From positions 1 to 49,502 of the forward strand of contig JBKBRF010000050.1 of NCBI GenBank assembly GCA_046292385.1: a stretch of 49,502 nt of DNA, given 5' to 3'. The stretch's first letter is position 1; each line of letters starts with the position of its first letter. This DNA is from Armatimonadota bacterium (lineage in GTDB: Bacteria; Armatimonadota; SYMT01). This document shows, in pieces, positions 17,566-26,216 of this stretch. The position numbers and the translations under genes are program-made. Below the pieces are notes generated by a model. That model made no database searches and was not told the origin of the DNA. It saw only the letters and a program-made list of their open reading frames with translations.

Positions 17566-18213
17566 TCAGGCAGCGCGGTCGGGGGCTTCCACGGCGAGCG
17601 TCGGTACGTCGACTTCTCCCCGGTCTGCCGCGTCGTCCTCGACCTCCTCGGTATGCTCGGTCACGTCCCCCACCACCTTGCCGCCGAGGGTCTGCGCCCA
17701 CGACTTCAGGAACTGCGACCAGATGGTGCTCTGCACCGCCTTGCCGCCCAGCTCGTAGGCGGCGGAGCGGACCACGTCCCGGATGCGCGCCCGGGTGCGG
17801 ATCCGGAGCACGAGCGCGCCGTCCTCGTCCTGCGTCGCCGCAAAGGTGACCCGGCCGGACTCCATGTGTCCGCTCTGGGTGCGGAGGGTCAGGCTCCGCT
17901 CCTCCACCGCCACCGCCACCACGCCGGCATGGCCGCCGCCGGTGAGGCGCACGTGCATGGTGTCGCCCTCTTCCAGCAGCTCGCCGCCGCCGTCCGGGCG
18001 CTTGAAGCCGGCGAGCAGCTCCGGGGAGTAGTCCGGGAAGTTCCGCCGCAGGGCGAGCAGCGCCTGCTCCGGCGAGACCGGACACTCCTCGATCTTCAAG
18101 AGCCAGTCCCGCTGGTAGAGCGGGCCCACCCCATCGGTGGCAACCTGGACCGGCCGCTTCTCCTCCCGGGTCCGCTCCGCCTCGTGCTCCGGAGTCCGCT
18201 GCGCGTCTCGCAC
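17566..18213 (-). CDS. DUF1990-like / SRPBCC-type hypothetical protein
   Basis: DGVGPLYQRD and TLRTQSGHMESGRVTF motifs. Confidence 0.65.
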   Translation of the reverse strand: MRDAQRTPEHEAERTREEKRPVQVATDGVGPLYQRDWLLKIEECPVSPEQALLALRRNFPDYSPELLAGFKRPDGGGELLEEGDTMHVRLTGGGHAGVVAVAVEERSLTLRTQSGHMESGRVTFAATQDEDGALVLRIRTRARIRDVVRSAAYELGGKAVQSTIWSQFLKSWAQTLGGKVVGDVTEHTEEVEDDAADRGEVDVPTLAVEAPDRAA

Positions 18214-18248
18214 TCCCGCCTCCCGTCATGTCGACCCCAACGACTGCT

Positions 18249-19124
18249 TCACGAGCTTTGTAGCCGGGACGGCGGGGAATCACACCCGGCAGGCCGCTCC
18301 AGGCGCTGACCGCTGGGCAGCTCCCAGGTGGGGCGCTGGCGGCAAAACGGCATCCGGAGCAGGCTGAGGAAGGTCAGCTCCGAGGGATCGCGATAGGCCG
18401 GCACGCCGATCGTGATCGCGTCCTGCGGGACGTCGAGGCGGAGGGTGCGGAGCAAGCGGTCCCACCAGGAGAAGATGACGCCCCAGTTGGAGTTCGTCTC
18501 CCGCTCCACGATCGAGTGATGGATCCCGTGCATCCGCGGGGTGACCACCACCCAGTTAAGCGCCCGCTCCAGGCGGGCCGGGAGCCGCCAGTTGCTGTGG
18601 TGGAACTCCGTCGCCGCTTCCTGCACGATCTCCCACGCCAGCACCAGCAGCGGCGCCGCGCCGATCAGCAGCACCTGCCCGCACCGCCAGCCAACCGAGA
18701 GCAGCAGCTCTCCGAAGTGGAAGCGGACTGCCGTGGAGACGTCGAGGTCGAGGTCGGTGTGGTGCACGTGGTGGAAGCGCCACAGGAACGGCACGACGTG
18801 GTTCAGGTAGTGCCAGACCCAGATGGTGAAATCGAGCAGCAGCAGCCCCGCGAGCCACTCCACCGGGGCGGGGAGCCGCACCAGGTGCAGCAGCCCCCAG
18901 CCCTCTCGCTCCGCCAGCGCGGCGACCCACACCACCACCGGAATCAGGACCAGGCGCAGCAAGAGAGTCGCGGTGGCCGCCAGCGCCCCGTTGGTCAGGA
19001 GCCGCTCCAGCCGCGGCTGCACCCGTCTCCGCAGCGGGCGCCACGTCTCCAGCAGCAGGAAAAACAGGAACAATCCGAAGAGGAGCGGGCCGCCGAGGAA
19101 GTCGAGGATCGGGTAGAGCTCCAT
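18249..19124 (-). CDS. sterol desaturase / fatty acid hydroxylase family protein
   Basis: His boxes WHYLNH, HHVHH, FHHSN, HGIHH; WDRL. Confidence 0.93.
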   Translation of the reverse strand: MELYPILDFLGGPLLFGLFLFFLLLETWRPLRRRVQPRLERLLTNGALAATATLLLRLVLIPVVVWVAALAEREGWGLLHLVRLPAPVEWLAGLLLLDFTIWVWHYLNHVVPFLWRFHHVHHTDLDLDVSTAVRFHFGELLLSVGWRCGQVLLIGAAPLLVLAWEIVQEAATEFHHSNWRLPARLERALNWVVVTPRMHGIHHSIVERETNSNWGVIFSWWDRLLRTLRLDVPQDAITIGVPAYRDPSELTFLSLLRMPFCRQRPTWELPSGQRLERPAGCDSPPSRLQSS

Positions 19125-19152
19125 CGCATCCTCTCCGGCGCCGCGGGCCCGG

Positions 19153-19548
19153 TCAGGCGACCGCCTTCTCCAGGCGCTGCAGGAGGTCCGGGATGTCGAG
19201 CGGCTTCTCCAGCACGTGCTCCACCTGCTCGTGGTGCGCCCGGCGGCGGGTGGCGTAGTTCAGGGTGCCGCTCATCAGGATCGCGCGGAGGCGCGGGATC
19301 TGGTGGCGGATCTGGCGGATCGTGGTGACGCCGTCGATGCCCGGGAGCTGGAAGTCGGTCAGCAGCACGTCCGGCTTGAACAGCTCCGCGATCGCGATCG
19401 CGTCTTCCCCTTCCCAGGTGGCGACGACGGTGTAGCCGCTCTCCTCGAGGATCTCCGAGAGGATGCTCAGCACCTCCTTCTCGTCGTCCACGAGCAGCAG
19501 CCGTACCCGCGCGTCTTCTTTAGTTGCCCCGTCAGCAGCTCCGACCAT
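19153..19548 (-). CDS. single-domain response regulator (receiver)
   Basis: LLVDDE, LLTDFQLPGIDG, MSG, EKP. Confidence 0.92.
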   Translation of the reverse strand: MVGAADGATKEDARVRLLLVDDEKEVLSILSEILEESGYTVVATWEGEDAIAIAELFKPDVLLTDFQLPGIDGVTTIRQIRHQIPRLRAILMSGTLNYATRRRAHHEQVEHVLEKPLDIPDLLQRLEKAVA

Positions 19549-19557
19549 CGAGTGGAC

Positions 19558-19584
19558 TTACCCGGCCGTTCTGCCGCGGGAAAC
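19558..19584 (-). promoter_or_regulatory. SigB/SigF-like promoter GTTT-N17-GGGTAA
   Basis: Matches the actinobacterial SigF-type GTTT-N17-GGGTA; ATG lies 9 nt downstream. Confidence 0.6.
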
Positions 19585-19598
19585 CCGCCCGGAGCGTT

Positions 19599-21749
19599 TT
19601 ACCCCACGGTGATGAGGAGCAGGTCGGCGTAGCGGCGGCGGATGTCGTCCGCCAGGGGGCGGTGCTCCGGCGATTCCAGGTGGGGATCGGATTCGACGAG
19701 CCGGAAGGCGGCGTCCCGCGCGTCGGCGAGAATCCGCGCGTCGCCGACGATGTTCGCGATCCGCAGCTTCAGGATGCCGCTCTGCTTCGTCCCAAGGAAC
19801 TCCCCGGGGCCGCGCAGGCGGAGGTCTTCTTCCGCGATCTCGAAGCCGTTGGTGGTGCGGACCATCACCTCCAGCCGCTGCACGCCGTCTTCGGTCTTCG
19901 GGTCGGCGAGCAGGACGCAGAACGACTGGTGCTCGCCGCGGCCGACCCGTCCCCGGAGCTGGTGGAGCTGCGCCAGGCCGAACCGCTCCGCGTCCTCGAT
20001 GATCATGCAGGAGGCATTGGGGACGTCGACCCCGACCTCGATCACCACGGTAGCGACGAGGATGTCGACCTCCCCGTCGCGGAAGCGCTCCATCGCCTCG
20101 TCCTTTTCGTGCGACGGCATCTGGCCGTGGATCAGCCCCACGCGCAGGTCCGGGAAGACCTCGTGCTGGAGGTGCTCGTGCACCTCCGTCGCCGCCTTCG
20201 CCTGGAGCTTCTCGCTGGTCTCGACGAGCGGGCAGACGAAGTAGGCCTGCCGCCCCTCCGCCACCAGGGAGCGGAGGCCGCGGTAGACACCGTCCCGCGC
20301 CTGCTTCTTCTTCCAGTGCGTCTTCACCGGCTTGCGGCCCGGGGGCATCTCGTCGATCACGGAGACGTCGAGGTCGCCGTAGACGGTGAGCGCCAGCGTC
20401 CGCGGGATCGGCGTGGCGGTCATCACCAGCATGTCGGGCGCATGCTCCTGCATCCCCTTGTCAAGGAGTGTCATGCGCTGCACCACGCCGAAGCGGTGCT
20501 GCTCGTCCACGATCACCAGACCGAGCTTGTCGAACTCCACGTCGCTTTCCAGCACGGCGTGCGTGCCGACCACCACGTGCGCGAAGCCGCTTTTCAGCTC
20601 TTCCTTGATGAGCCGCTTCCCCTTGGCCCGCACGCTCCCGACGAGCCGGTGCACCCGCACCCCGAGCGGCTCCAGCACCCGCTGCAGCACCGCGAAGTGC
20701 TGCTCCGCCAGGATCTCGGTCGGCACCATCATCACCACCTGGTAGCCGTTGCGGACGGCGGTGAGGATCGCCGCGGCGGCGACGACCGTCTTCCCGGAGC
20801 CGACGTCGCCCTGCAGCAGCCGGTTCATCGGCCGCGCGGAGCCCATGTCGGCCCGGATCTCCGCAATCGCCCGCTCCTGGGCGCCGGTCAGCGTGTAGGG
20901 GAGGGAGCGCCGCAGCTCTTCCAGGTGCTCGTCGCGGATCTCGAACGTGATGCCGGGCAGCACGGATGCCACGTGCTTCTTCCGCAGCGCCAGGGCGCAC
21001 TGCATGCGGAACAGCTCGTCGAAGACCAGACGCGCCCGCGCCCGCTCCAGCTCCTCCGCCCCGTCCGGAAAGTGCGCCTGCCGCAGCGACCACGCCATCG
21101 GCGGCAGCCGGCGGGCCACCGCGATGTCCGGCGGGAGGAGGTCCGGCACCAGGTGGCCGTACTTCTCCAGCGCGTTCCAGACCATGTTCCGGATCGACTT
21201 CGGCGTGAGCCCTTCCGTCGCGGGATGGATCGGCACGATGCGGTGGAGGTGGAGCGAGGAGTCGTCGCCGGTCAGCTCTTCCCACTCCGGGTGCTGGAAT
21301 CCAAGCACGCCACCGCTGCGCTGCGCGGTGCCGTAGACCGAGATCTCCCGGCCCTTGAGCCGGTCGAAGACCTTTGCCATCCACGCCTGGTTGAAGAAGA
21401 TCAGCTCCGCGTGGCCGCTGCCGTCGCGGATCACCGCCTTGGTGATCGCCAGCCCCCGCCGGGGCGTGCGCTCCGCGCTCCCGCCGACCACCTGCCCGGT
21501 CACCAGCACCGTCTCGCCGTGCATCACTTGTCCGAGCGGGCGGAAGTTGCGGCGGTCCTCGTACCGGTGGGGGAAGTGGAAGAGCAGGTCCTCCACCGTG
21601 ACGATCCCCATCTTCTCCAGCGCCGTGGCGAAGCGCGGCCCCACGCCTTTGACGAACTGCACCGGCGTCCCCAGCTCCGCGGCCGGGGTGCCCGGCGCCG
21701 GCGCGCGCGAGGCCAGGGGGAGATCTGCGGTTCGTTCCGAGGTGGGAAT
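19599..21749 (-). CDS. recG: ATP-dependent DNA helicase RecG
   Basis: KGVGP, PHRYEDR, RLLQGDVGSGKT, DEQHRFG, MTATPIPRT, QLRGRVGRG. Start probably upstream of GTG 21662 (ATT 21749 proposed). Confidence 0.95.
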   Translation of the reverse strand: MPTSERTADLPLASRAPAPGTPAAELGTPVQFVKGVGPRFATALEKMGIVTVEDLLFHFPHRYEDRRNFRPLGQVMHGETVLVTGQVVGGSAERTPRRGLAITKAVIRDGSGHAELIFFNQAWMAKVFDRLKGREISVYGTAQRSGGVLGFQHPEWEELTGDDSSLHLHRIVPIHPATEGLTPKSIRNMVWNALEKYGHLVPDLLPPDIAVARRLPPMAWSLRQAHFPDGAEELERARARLVFDELFRMQCALALRKKHVASVLPGITFEIRDEHLEELRRSLPYTLTGAQERAIAEIRADMGSARPMNRLLQGDVGSGKTVVAAAAILTAVRNGYQVVMMVPTEILAEQHFAVLQRVLEPLGVRVHRLVGSVRAKGKRLIKEELKSGFAHVVVGTHAVLESDVEFDKLGLVIVDEQHRFGVVQRMTLLDKGMQEHAPDMLVMTATPIPRTLALTVYGDLDVSVIDEMPPGRKPVKTHWKKKQARDGVYRGLRSLVAEGRQAYFVCPLVETSEKLQAKAATEVHEHLQHEVFPDLRVGLIHGQMPSHEKDEAMERFRDGEVDILVATVVIEVGVDVPNASCMIIEDAERFGLAQLHQLRGRVGRGEHQSFCVLLADPKTEDGVQRLEVMVRTTNGFEIAEEDLRLRGPGEFLGTKQSGILKLRIANIVGDARILADARDAAFRLVESDPHLESPEHRPLADDIRRRYADLLLITVG

Positions 21750-21983
21750 GGCGAAGCTCCGAAGCCCGCGTCAGCAAGCGGGCTCTCCTTCGGTATTATC
21801 CCGGAGCCGCGGAGGGGCTGTCCAGCGGGAGCGAGCCGGACCAGGAGAGAGTGTGGAGCTCGGGGAGCGGAATCCGATCCTTCCGCACGCGCATGGCTTC
21901 GTACAGGATTCCGAGGCGTCCTCCTCTGGTCGCGGATGGCCCTGGAGTAGGAGAACGAGTGGGAGTAGGAGTATGAGTGACTC

Positions 21984-22703
21984 GTGAAGACCCTGGTCGT
22001 CGAGGACAACACCGCCCAGCGGGAGCACGTGGAGCGGCTGCTGCGGGAGCGTCTGCCGCAGGCGCTTCCGCTCGCGTGCGTGGCGGACGGAGCGCAGGCG
22101 GTCTCGCGCGCCCGGCTGGAGCGGCCGCAGCTCCTGGTGCTCGACATCCAGCTTCCCGGCCAGAGCGGTATCGAGGTGGCGCGGTCGGTCTGGGCGGAGC
22201 GGCCGGAGACGCGGATCGTCTTCTGGTCGCAATTCAAGGACGAGATCTACGTGCGGCGGCTCGCGCAGATCGTGCCGCCGGAGACGGTCTACGGCTACAT
22301 CCTGAAGAGCAGCCCGGACGAGAAGCTGCTGCAGGCGGTCCGCGCCGTGCTGCTGGAGGAGCAGTGCTGGCTCGACCGCGAGATCCGCGGCGTGCAGGCG
22401 CGCGCCCTGCAGAGCCCCAGCGCCCTCACCGACGCCGAGTACGAGGCGCTGCTCGACATCGCCCTCGGCCTCACCGACCGCGGCGTCGCCCGCCGCCGCT
22501 ATCTCTCCCGCCGCGGCGCCCAGAACCGCATCCACAGCCTCTACCTCAAGCTCGGCGTCGAGCGCGAAGAGGAGCCCGGCAGCCTCTTCAGCCCCCGCAA
22601 CCGCGCCGTCTTCGAAGGCCTCCGCCGCGGCCTCCTGAACGCCGACGTCCTCGCCGCTGAAAACCAGGCCCTGGAGCGCTGGCGTGAGGAGAACCCGGAC
22701 TGA
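21984..22703 (+). CDS. NarL/LuxR-type response regulator
   Basis: VVED, LDIQLPGQSG, GYILKS receiver plus C-terminal HTH (LTDAEYEAL..IALGLTD..VA...LS). Confidence 0.88.
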   Translation: MKTLVVEDNTAQREHVERLLRERLPQALPLACVADGAQAVSRARLERPQLLVLDIQLPGQSGIEVARSVWAERPETRIVFWSQFKDEIYVRRLAQIVPPETVYGYILKSSPDEKLLQAVRAVLLEEQCWLDREIRGVQARALQSPSALTDAEYEALLDIALGLTDRGVARRRYLSRRGAQNRIHSLYLKLGVEREEEPGSLFSPRNRAVFEGLRRGLLNADVLAAENQALERWREENPD

Positions 22704-22729
22704 GTTGGACCCATTGGGCGTAGGTGCCG

Positions 22730-23611
22730 CTAGCGACTTGCCGCCCGTGGTTCTGCGAACTCCAGCAGCGACTCGATCACGTGGCGTGGACTGTGGAGCC
22801 CCGCGATCTCCTGGGGTAGCTCAAGATACCTCTGGGCAGCCATTACCACCGTTTCCCAGTTCCGCGCTCTCTGGGCTGCGGTTGCCAGCGCATACCACGC
22901 CTCGTGACTCGTCGGGTCCAATTCCGTGGCTCGTAGGGCGAGCTGCTCCGCTTCCTTGAAGTCCCGCTCATAATCAGCGGCATAGCGTGATTGGTAGACG
23001 AGTAGACGGCTCTGGTTCGCGCGGTCGTCTGGGGCCTGTCGAATGTGGAACCGCGCAGCCTCGGCCTCCACCCGTCCGTGCCATGCCCCGGCACCGGCCC
23101 GCCGGGTGTCGAGCGCGGCGGTCACGAGGTACATGCCGGGTTGAAGCTGGCTGGTGAGCAAAGGCGGCAGCGCGAACTGCACTCCGAGCCGGTTGGCGCC
23201 GATCGACTGCGCCGACCCCACCTCGCGCCGAGTCGCGCCTATGTGGCGTCGCCAGTCGAATTCGACTGCAGAGCGCGGCTCGCCGACCCAGCCCGCGCGG
23301 TAGACCTTGACCGAGACGAAGCTCGCCCAATTGTCCTTTCCTGAGGCGAGGCAGAGCTGGGGCACGCTCGTCGGCGCCCGGCGGTCGTTGTGAGCCCGGG
23401 CCCGCGAATCTTCCGCACGCGGGTATCGCAGAGAAATTCCCAGGCGTACCGGCTCACCTTGCCAGTAACTGTGCTTATGATGGCCGGGCGGCACGGATCG
23501 CTCAATCGCGAGTCTCAAGGGCCCGGAGGCCTGCGGGAAAACCCGCACGCCTCCGAAGAGCGCGAGACCGGCCGTAACGCAGAGTGCCGTTTTTCGAAGG
23601 GTCCACCGCAT
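22730..23611 (-). CDS. hypothetical exported protein with C-terminal TPR-like repeat
   Basis: Signal-like N-terminus; EAEQLALRATELDPTSHEAWYALA TPR pattern; GGAGG SD. Confidence 0.7.
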   Translation of the reverse strand: MRWTLRKTALCVTAGLALFGGVRVFPQASGPLRLAIERSVPPGHHKHSYWQGEPVRLGISLRYPRAEDSRARAHNDRRAPTSVPQLCLASGKDNWASFVSVKVYRAGWVGEPRSAVEFDWRRHIGATRREVGSAQSIGANRLGVQFALPPLLTSQLQPGMYLVTAALDTRRAGAGAWHGRVEAEAARFHIRQAPDDRANQSRLLVYQSRYAADYERDFKEAEQLALRATELDPTSHEAWYALATAAQRARNWETVVMAAQRYLELPQEIAGLHSPRHVIESLLEFAEPRAASR

Positions 23612-23869
23612 AGGCCGGCCTCCAGTACCAGGTCCTGGCGTCTACGAGCGAGTCCTACCGGTGCAAGTGCTGCTACCTATCCGATCTGTTACCACCGTTC
23701 CCATTCCGCCGCCAGCTGATTCTATTAGTCCCTGGTGCGGAGAAGGCTGAGATTCGCGACTTCTACGACCAGAACAGGCCCTGGTCAGTGAGACGCAATA
23801 GCACTACGTAGAGAAACTGAAGGTGTCCGGAAGCGCCGCCGAAGGCGGTGCTGGAGGGTGCCACCTGTG

Positions 23870-24062
23870 AACACCCCTGGGCGCCAGGGGTGTTCGCTCG
23901 AAGGGCCGGGAGACAGCCCGTGAACCGGACTGCTGTATTGGTAGGGCGAACTGGCGCGGGAAGAGCGCTCCGGAGCGCACTCCCGGAGCGGCCTGCTAGC
24001 GGAGGCGCAGCCGGAGCGTGAAAAGGCCGCGGAGGGCTCTCGCCGCGGGAGGGCTGTCTCCC
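23870..24062. repeat. structured intergenic element (12-bp hairpin plus distant 12-bp inverted repeat)
   Basis: GAACACCCCTGG-GCG-CCAGGGGTGTTC; GGGAGACAGCCC (23908) pairs with GGGCTGTCTCCC (24051). Confidence 0.55.
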
Positions 24063-24197
24063 AGCACAAGGGCGCGGGGTCGGGTGCGCGGTCCAGACGA
24101 GGCCGAACGAAGTGCGCTCCAACCGATCGACACGCCTCGGCAGGCGAACCCGCTTCCCGCGTCGAACCTCGCCCGCAAGACCTCCCCCCACCTCCCC

Positions 24198-25319
24198 ATG
24201 AGCCGCATCACCCGCGTCGAAGCGATCCCCTGTTCCGTGCCGTTCCGCCGCCCGTTCGTGATCGGGCGCGGGGCGGTCGGCGCGGCGGGGCAGTGGGGAC
24301 GGCACGTCTTCGTGCGGCTGGAGACGGAGTGCGGGCGCGTGGGCTGGGGCGAGGCGCGGGCGCTGCCGGCGTGGAGCTACGAGACGCAGGAATCGATCAC
24401 GACGGCGATCCGGGGCTATCTCGGCCCGCTGCTGATCGGTCGCTCCCCGTGGGAGCTGAACGCGATCCACCGGGAGATGTACGAGACCCTCACGCCCGCC
24501 GTCAGCAATGGGCAGCCGTTCGCCAAGGCGGCGCTCGACATCGCGCTGCACGACCTCCAGGGGCAGCTCTCCGGCCAGCCGCTCCACGCGCTTCTGGGCG
24601 GCAAGCTGCGGCCGACCCTTCCCCTCACCTACGCGCTCGGCATCGCCGCGCCGGAGGAGATGGCGGCGGAGGCGCGCTCCTACGCGGAGGCAGGCTGCTT
24701 CAAGATCAAGGTGGCGGGGGAGCCGGAGCGGGACCGCGAGCGGGTGCGCGCGATCTCCGAGGCGCGGCCGGACGCCGACCTCTGGCTCGACGCCAACCAG
24801 GCCTATTCCCCCGCTCTGCTGCCGCCGTTCCTGGAGGGAATCCGCGGCGTTCCCCGGATCTTCTGCCTGGAGCAGCCGGTGCGGAGCGTCGACTGGCTCG
24901 GCCTGCGCGCGGCGCGGGAGCGGTCGCACCTGCCGATCGCGATCGACGAGGGCTGCTTCAGCCGGTTCGACGTGGCCCGCGTGGCGGAGCTGCGCGCCGC
25001 GGAGTTGCTCGTCCTCAAGGTCTGCAAGAGCGGCGGGCTGAGGGAGTGCCTCCAGGCGGCGGCCGTCGCCGACGCCCACGGGATCGGCCTGCTCGGGAGC
25101 GGTCTCACGGAGTGCGGCATCGGCTTCACCGCCTCCGTCCATCTATTCAGCACCCTGCAGACGCTGCTGCCGCCGGAGCTGAACGGCGGGCAGTTTCTGG
25201 AGTCGCTCTGGGTGCGCGGGCTCCGCCTCGAAGGGAGCGTGGTCACCGTTCCGGACGGCCCGGGGCTGGGGATCGAGGTGGACGAGGAGGAGATTCGGCG
25301 GCATGCCGTCGATTTCTAG
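24198..25319 (+). CDS. enolase superfamily, muconate-lactonizing/dipeptide-epimerase subgroup
   Basis: GWGE, KAALDIALHDL, KIKV, DANQ, EQP, IDE, KVCKSGG. Confidence 0.92.
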   Translation: MSRITRVEAIPCSVPFRRPFVIGRGAVGAAGQWGRHVFVRLETECGRVGWGEARALPAWSYETQESITTAIRGYLGPLLIGRSPWELNAIHREMYETLTPAVSNGQPFAKAALDIALHDLQGQLSGQPLHALLGGKLRPTLPLTYALGIAAPEEMAAEARSYAEAGCFKIKVAGEPERDRERVRAISEARPDADLWLDANQAYSPALLPPFLEGIRGVPRIFCLEQPVRSVDWLGLRAARERSHLPIAIDEGCFSRFDVARVAELRAAELLVLKVCKSGGLRECLQAAAVADAHGIGLLGSGLTECGIGFTASVHLFSTLQTLLPPELNGGQFLESLWVRGLRLEGSVVTVPDGPGLGIEVDEEEIRRHAVDF

Positions 25320-25335
25320 GCGGGCGGGTCGTTGG

Positions 25336-25365
25336 TTGACACCCTTCGAAGGCCGCCGATATACT
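25336..25365 (+). promoter_or_regulatory. sigma70 promoter of greA (TTGACA-N18-TATACT)
   Basis: Near-consensus hexamers. Confidence 0.75.
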
Positions 25366-25493
25366 TATGCCACTCTGAGAAAGAGGCGTTCTCCGGCCGG
25401 TGCCTGGCGGTGCCGGCAGGCGTGGGACAACTCCGGAAGAGACCGGCGCCGCGCTGCCGGCGGGGCTCTCCCCGACGGCACGGGAGCGATATT

Positions 25494-25979
25494 TTGAGCG
25501 AGAAACAGGTAGTCCTGACCCCTGCCGGCCACGAGCGCATCCTCGCCGAGCTGCGGGAGCTGCAGACGGTCCGCCGCCACGAGGTGGCCGAGAACATCCG
25601 GCAGGCGAAAGCCTACGGGGATATCGCGGAGAACGCCGAGTACGAGGACGCAAAGAACGAGCAGGCGTTCCTGGAAGGCCGGATCTCGGAGCTGAAGAAC
25701 CTGCTGGGCACCGCGATCATCATCGAGGAGGACGAGATCCCTACCGACGAGGTCGGGATCGGCTCCGTGGTGAAGGTCCGGGACCTGGAGTTCAATGACG
25801 AGTGGGAGTTCACCATGGTAGGCTCCTACGAGGCGGACCCGGACGCGGACCGCATCTCCCACGAGTCTCCCATCGGAGAGGCGCTCTTCGGCAAACGCGT
25901 GGGCGACGTGGTGGAAGCCAACGTGCCCGCCGGCACGGTGCGCTACGAGATCCTCTCGATCCGCCGGCCCGGCAGCTAG
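25494..25979 (+). CDS. greA: transcription elongation factor GreA
   Basis: LT..G, GDIAENAEYEDAK, ISHESPIGEAL; TTG start with GGAG SD. Confidence 0.96.
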   Translation: MSEKQVVLTPAGHERILAELRELQTVRRHEVAENIRQAKAYGDIAENAEYEDAKNEQAFLEGRISELKNLLGTAIIIEEDEIPTDEVGIGSVVKVRDLEFNDEWEFTMVGSYEADPDADRISHESPIGEALFGKRVGDVVEANVPAGTVRYEILSIRRPGS

Positions 25980-26156
25980 CTTTACGCGCTGCCCGCTTTA
26001 CCTGGCGGCAGCGCAAGGGCGGAGCGGGGGGAGCGGGAGGAGCCGCGCACCGGTCCGAGTCTCCCATTCGCCCTCTCTCCCTTGCGCCCACTTCAGAATC
26101 CGGGTGACGTAGTCCGAACGGCTGCAGCATAACCCGGCAACCGCAGACGGGCTTGG

Positions 26157-26184
26157 CAGGGCGTCCTCACGGACGCTCTGTTTT
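26157..26184 (+). terminator. terminator-like hairpin between greA and lysS
   Basis: CAGGGCGTCC-TCAC-GGACGCTCTG-TTTT. Confidence 0.65.
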
Positions 26185-26216
26185 CGTGCGGGCCCGCACA
26201 TAGAACGGACAGCGAT

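Noticed and set aside
26100..26184. T-box, lysine or SAM-I riboswitch before lysS
   Set aside because: Only an isolated CCCGGCAACC; no T-box GGTGG.ACC and no lysine aptamer motifs.
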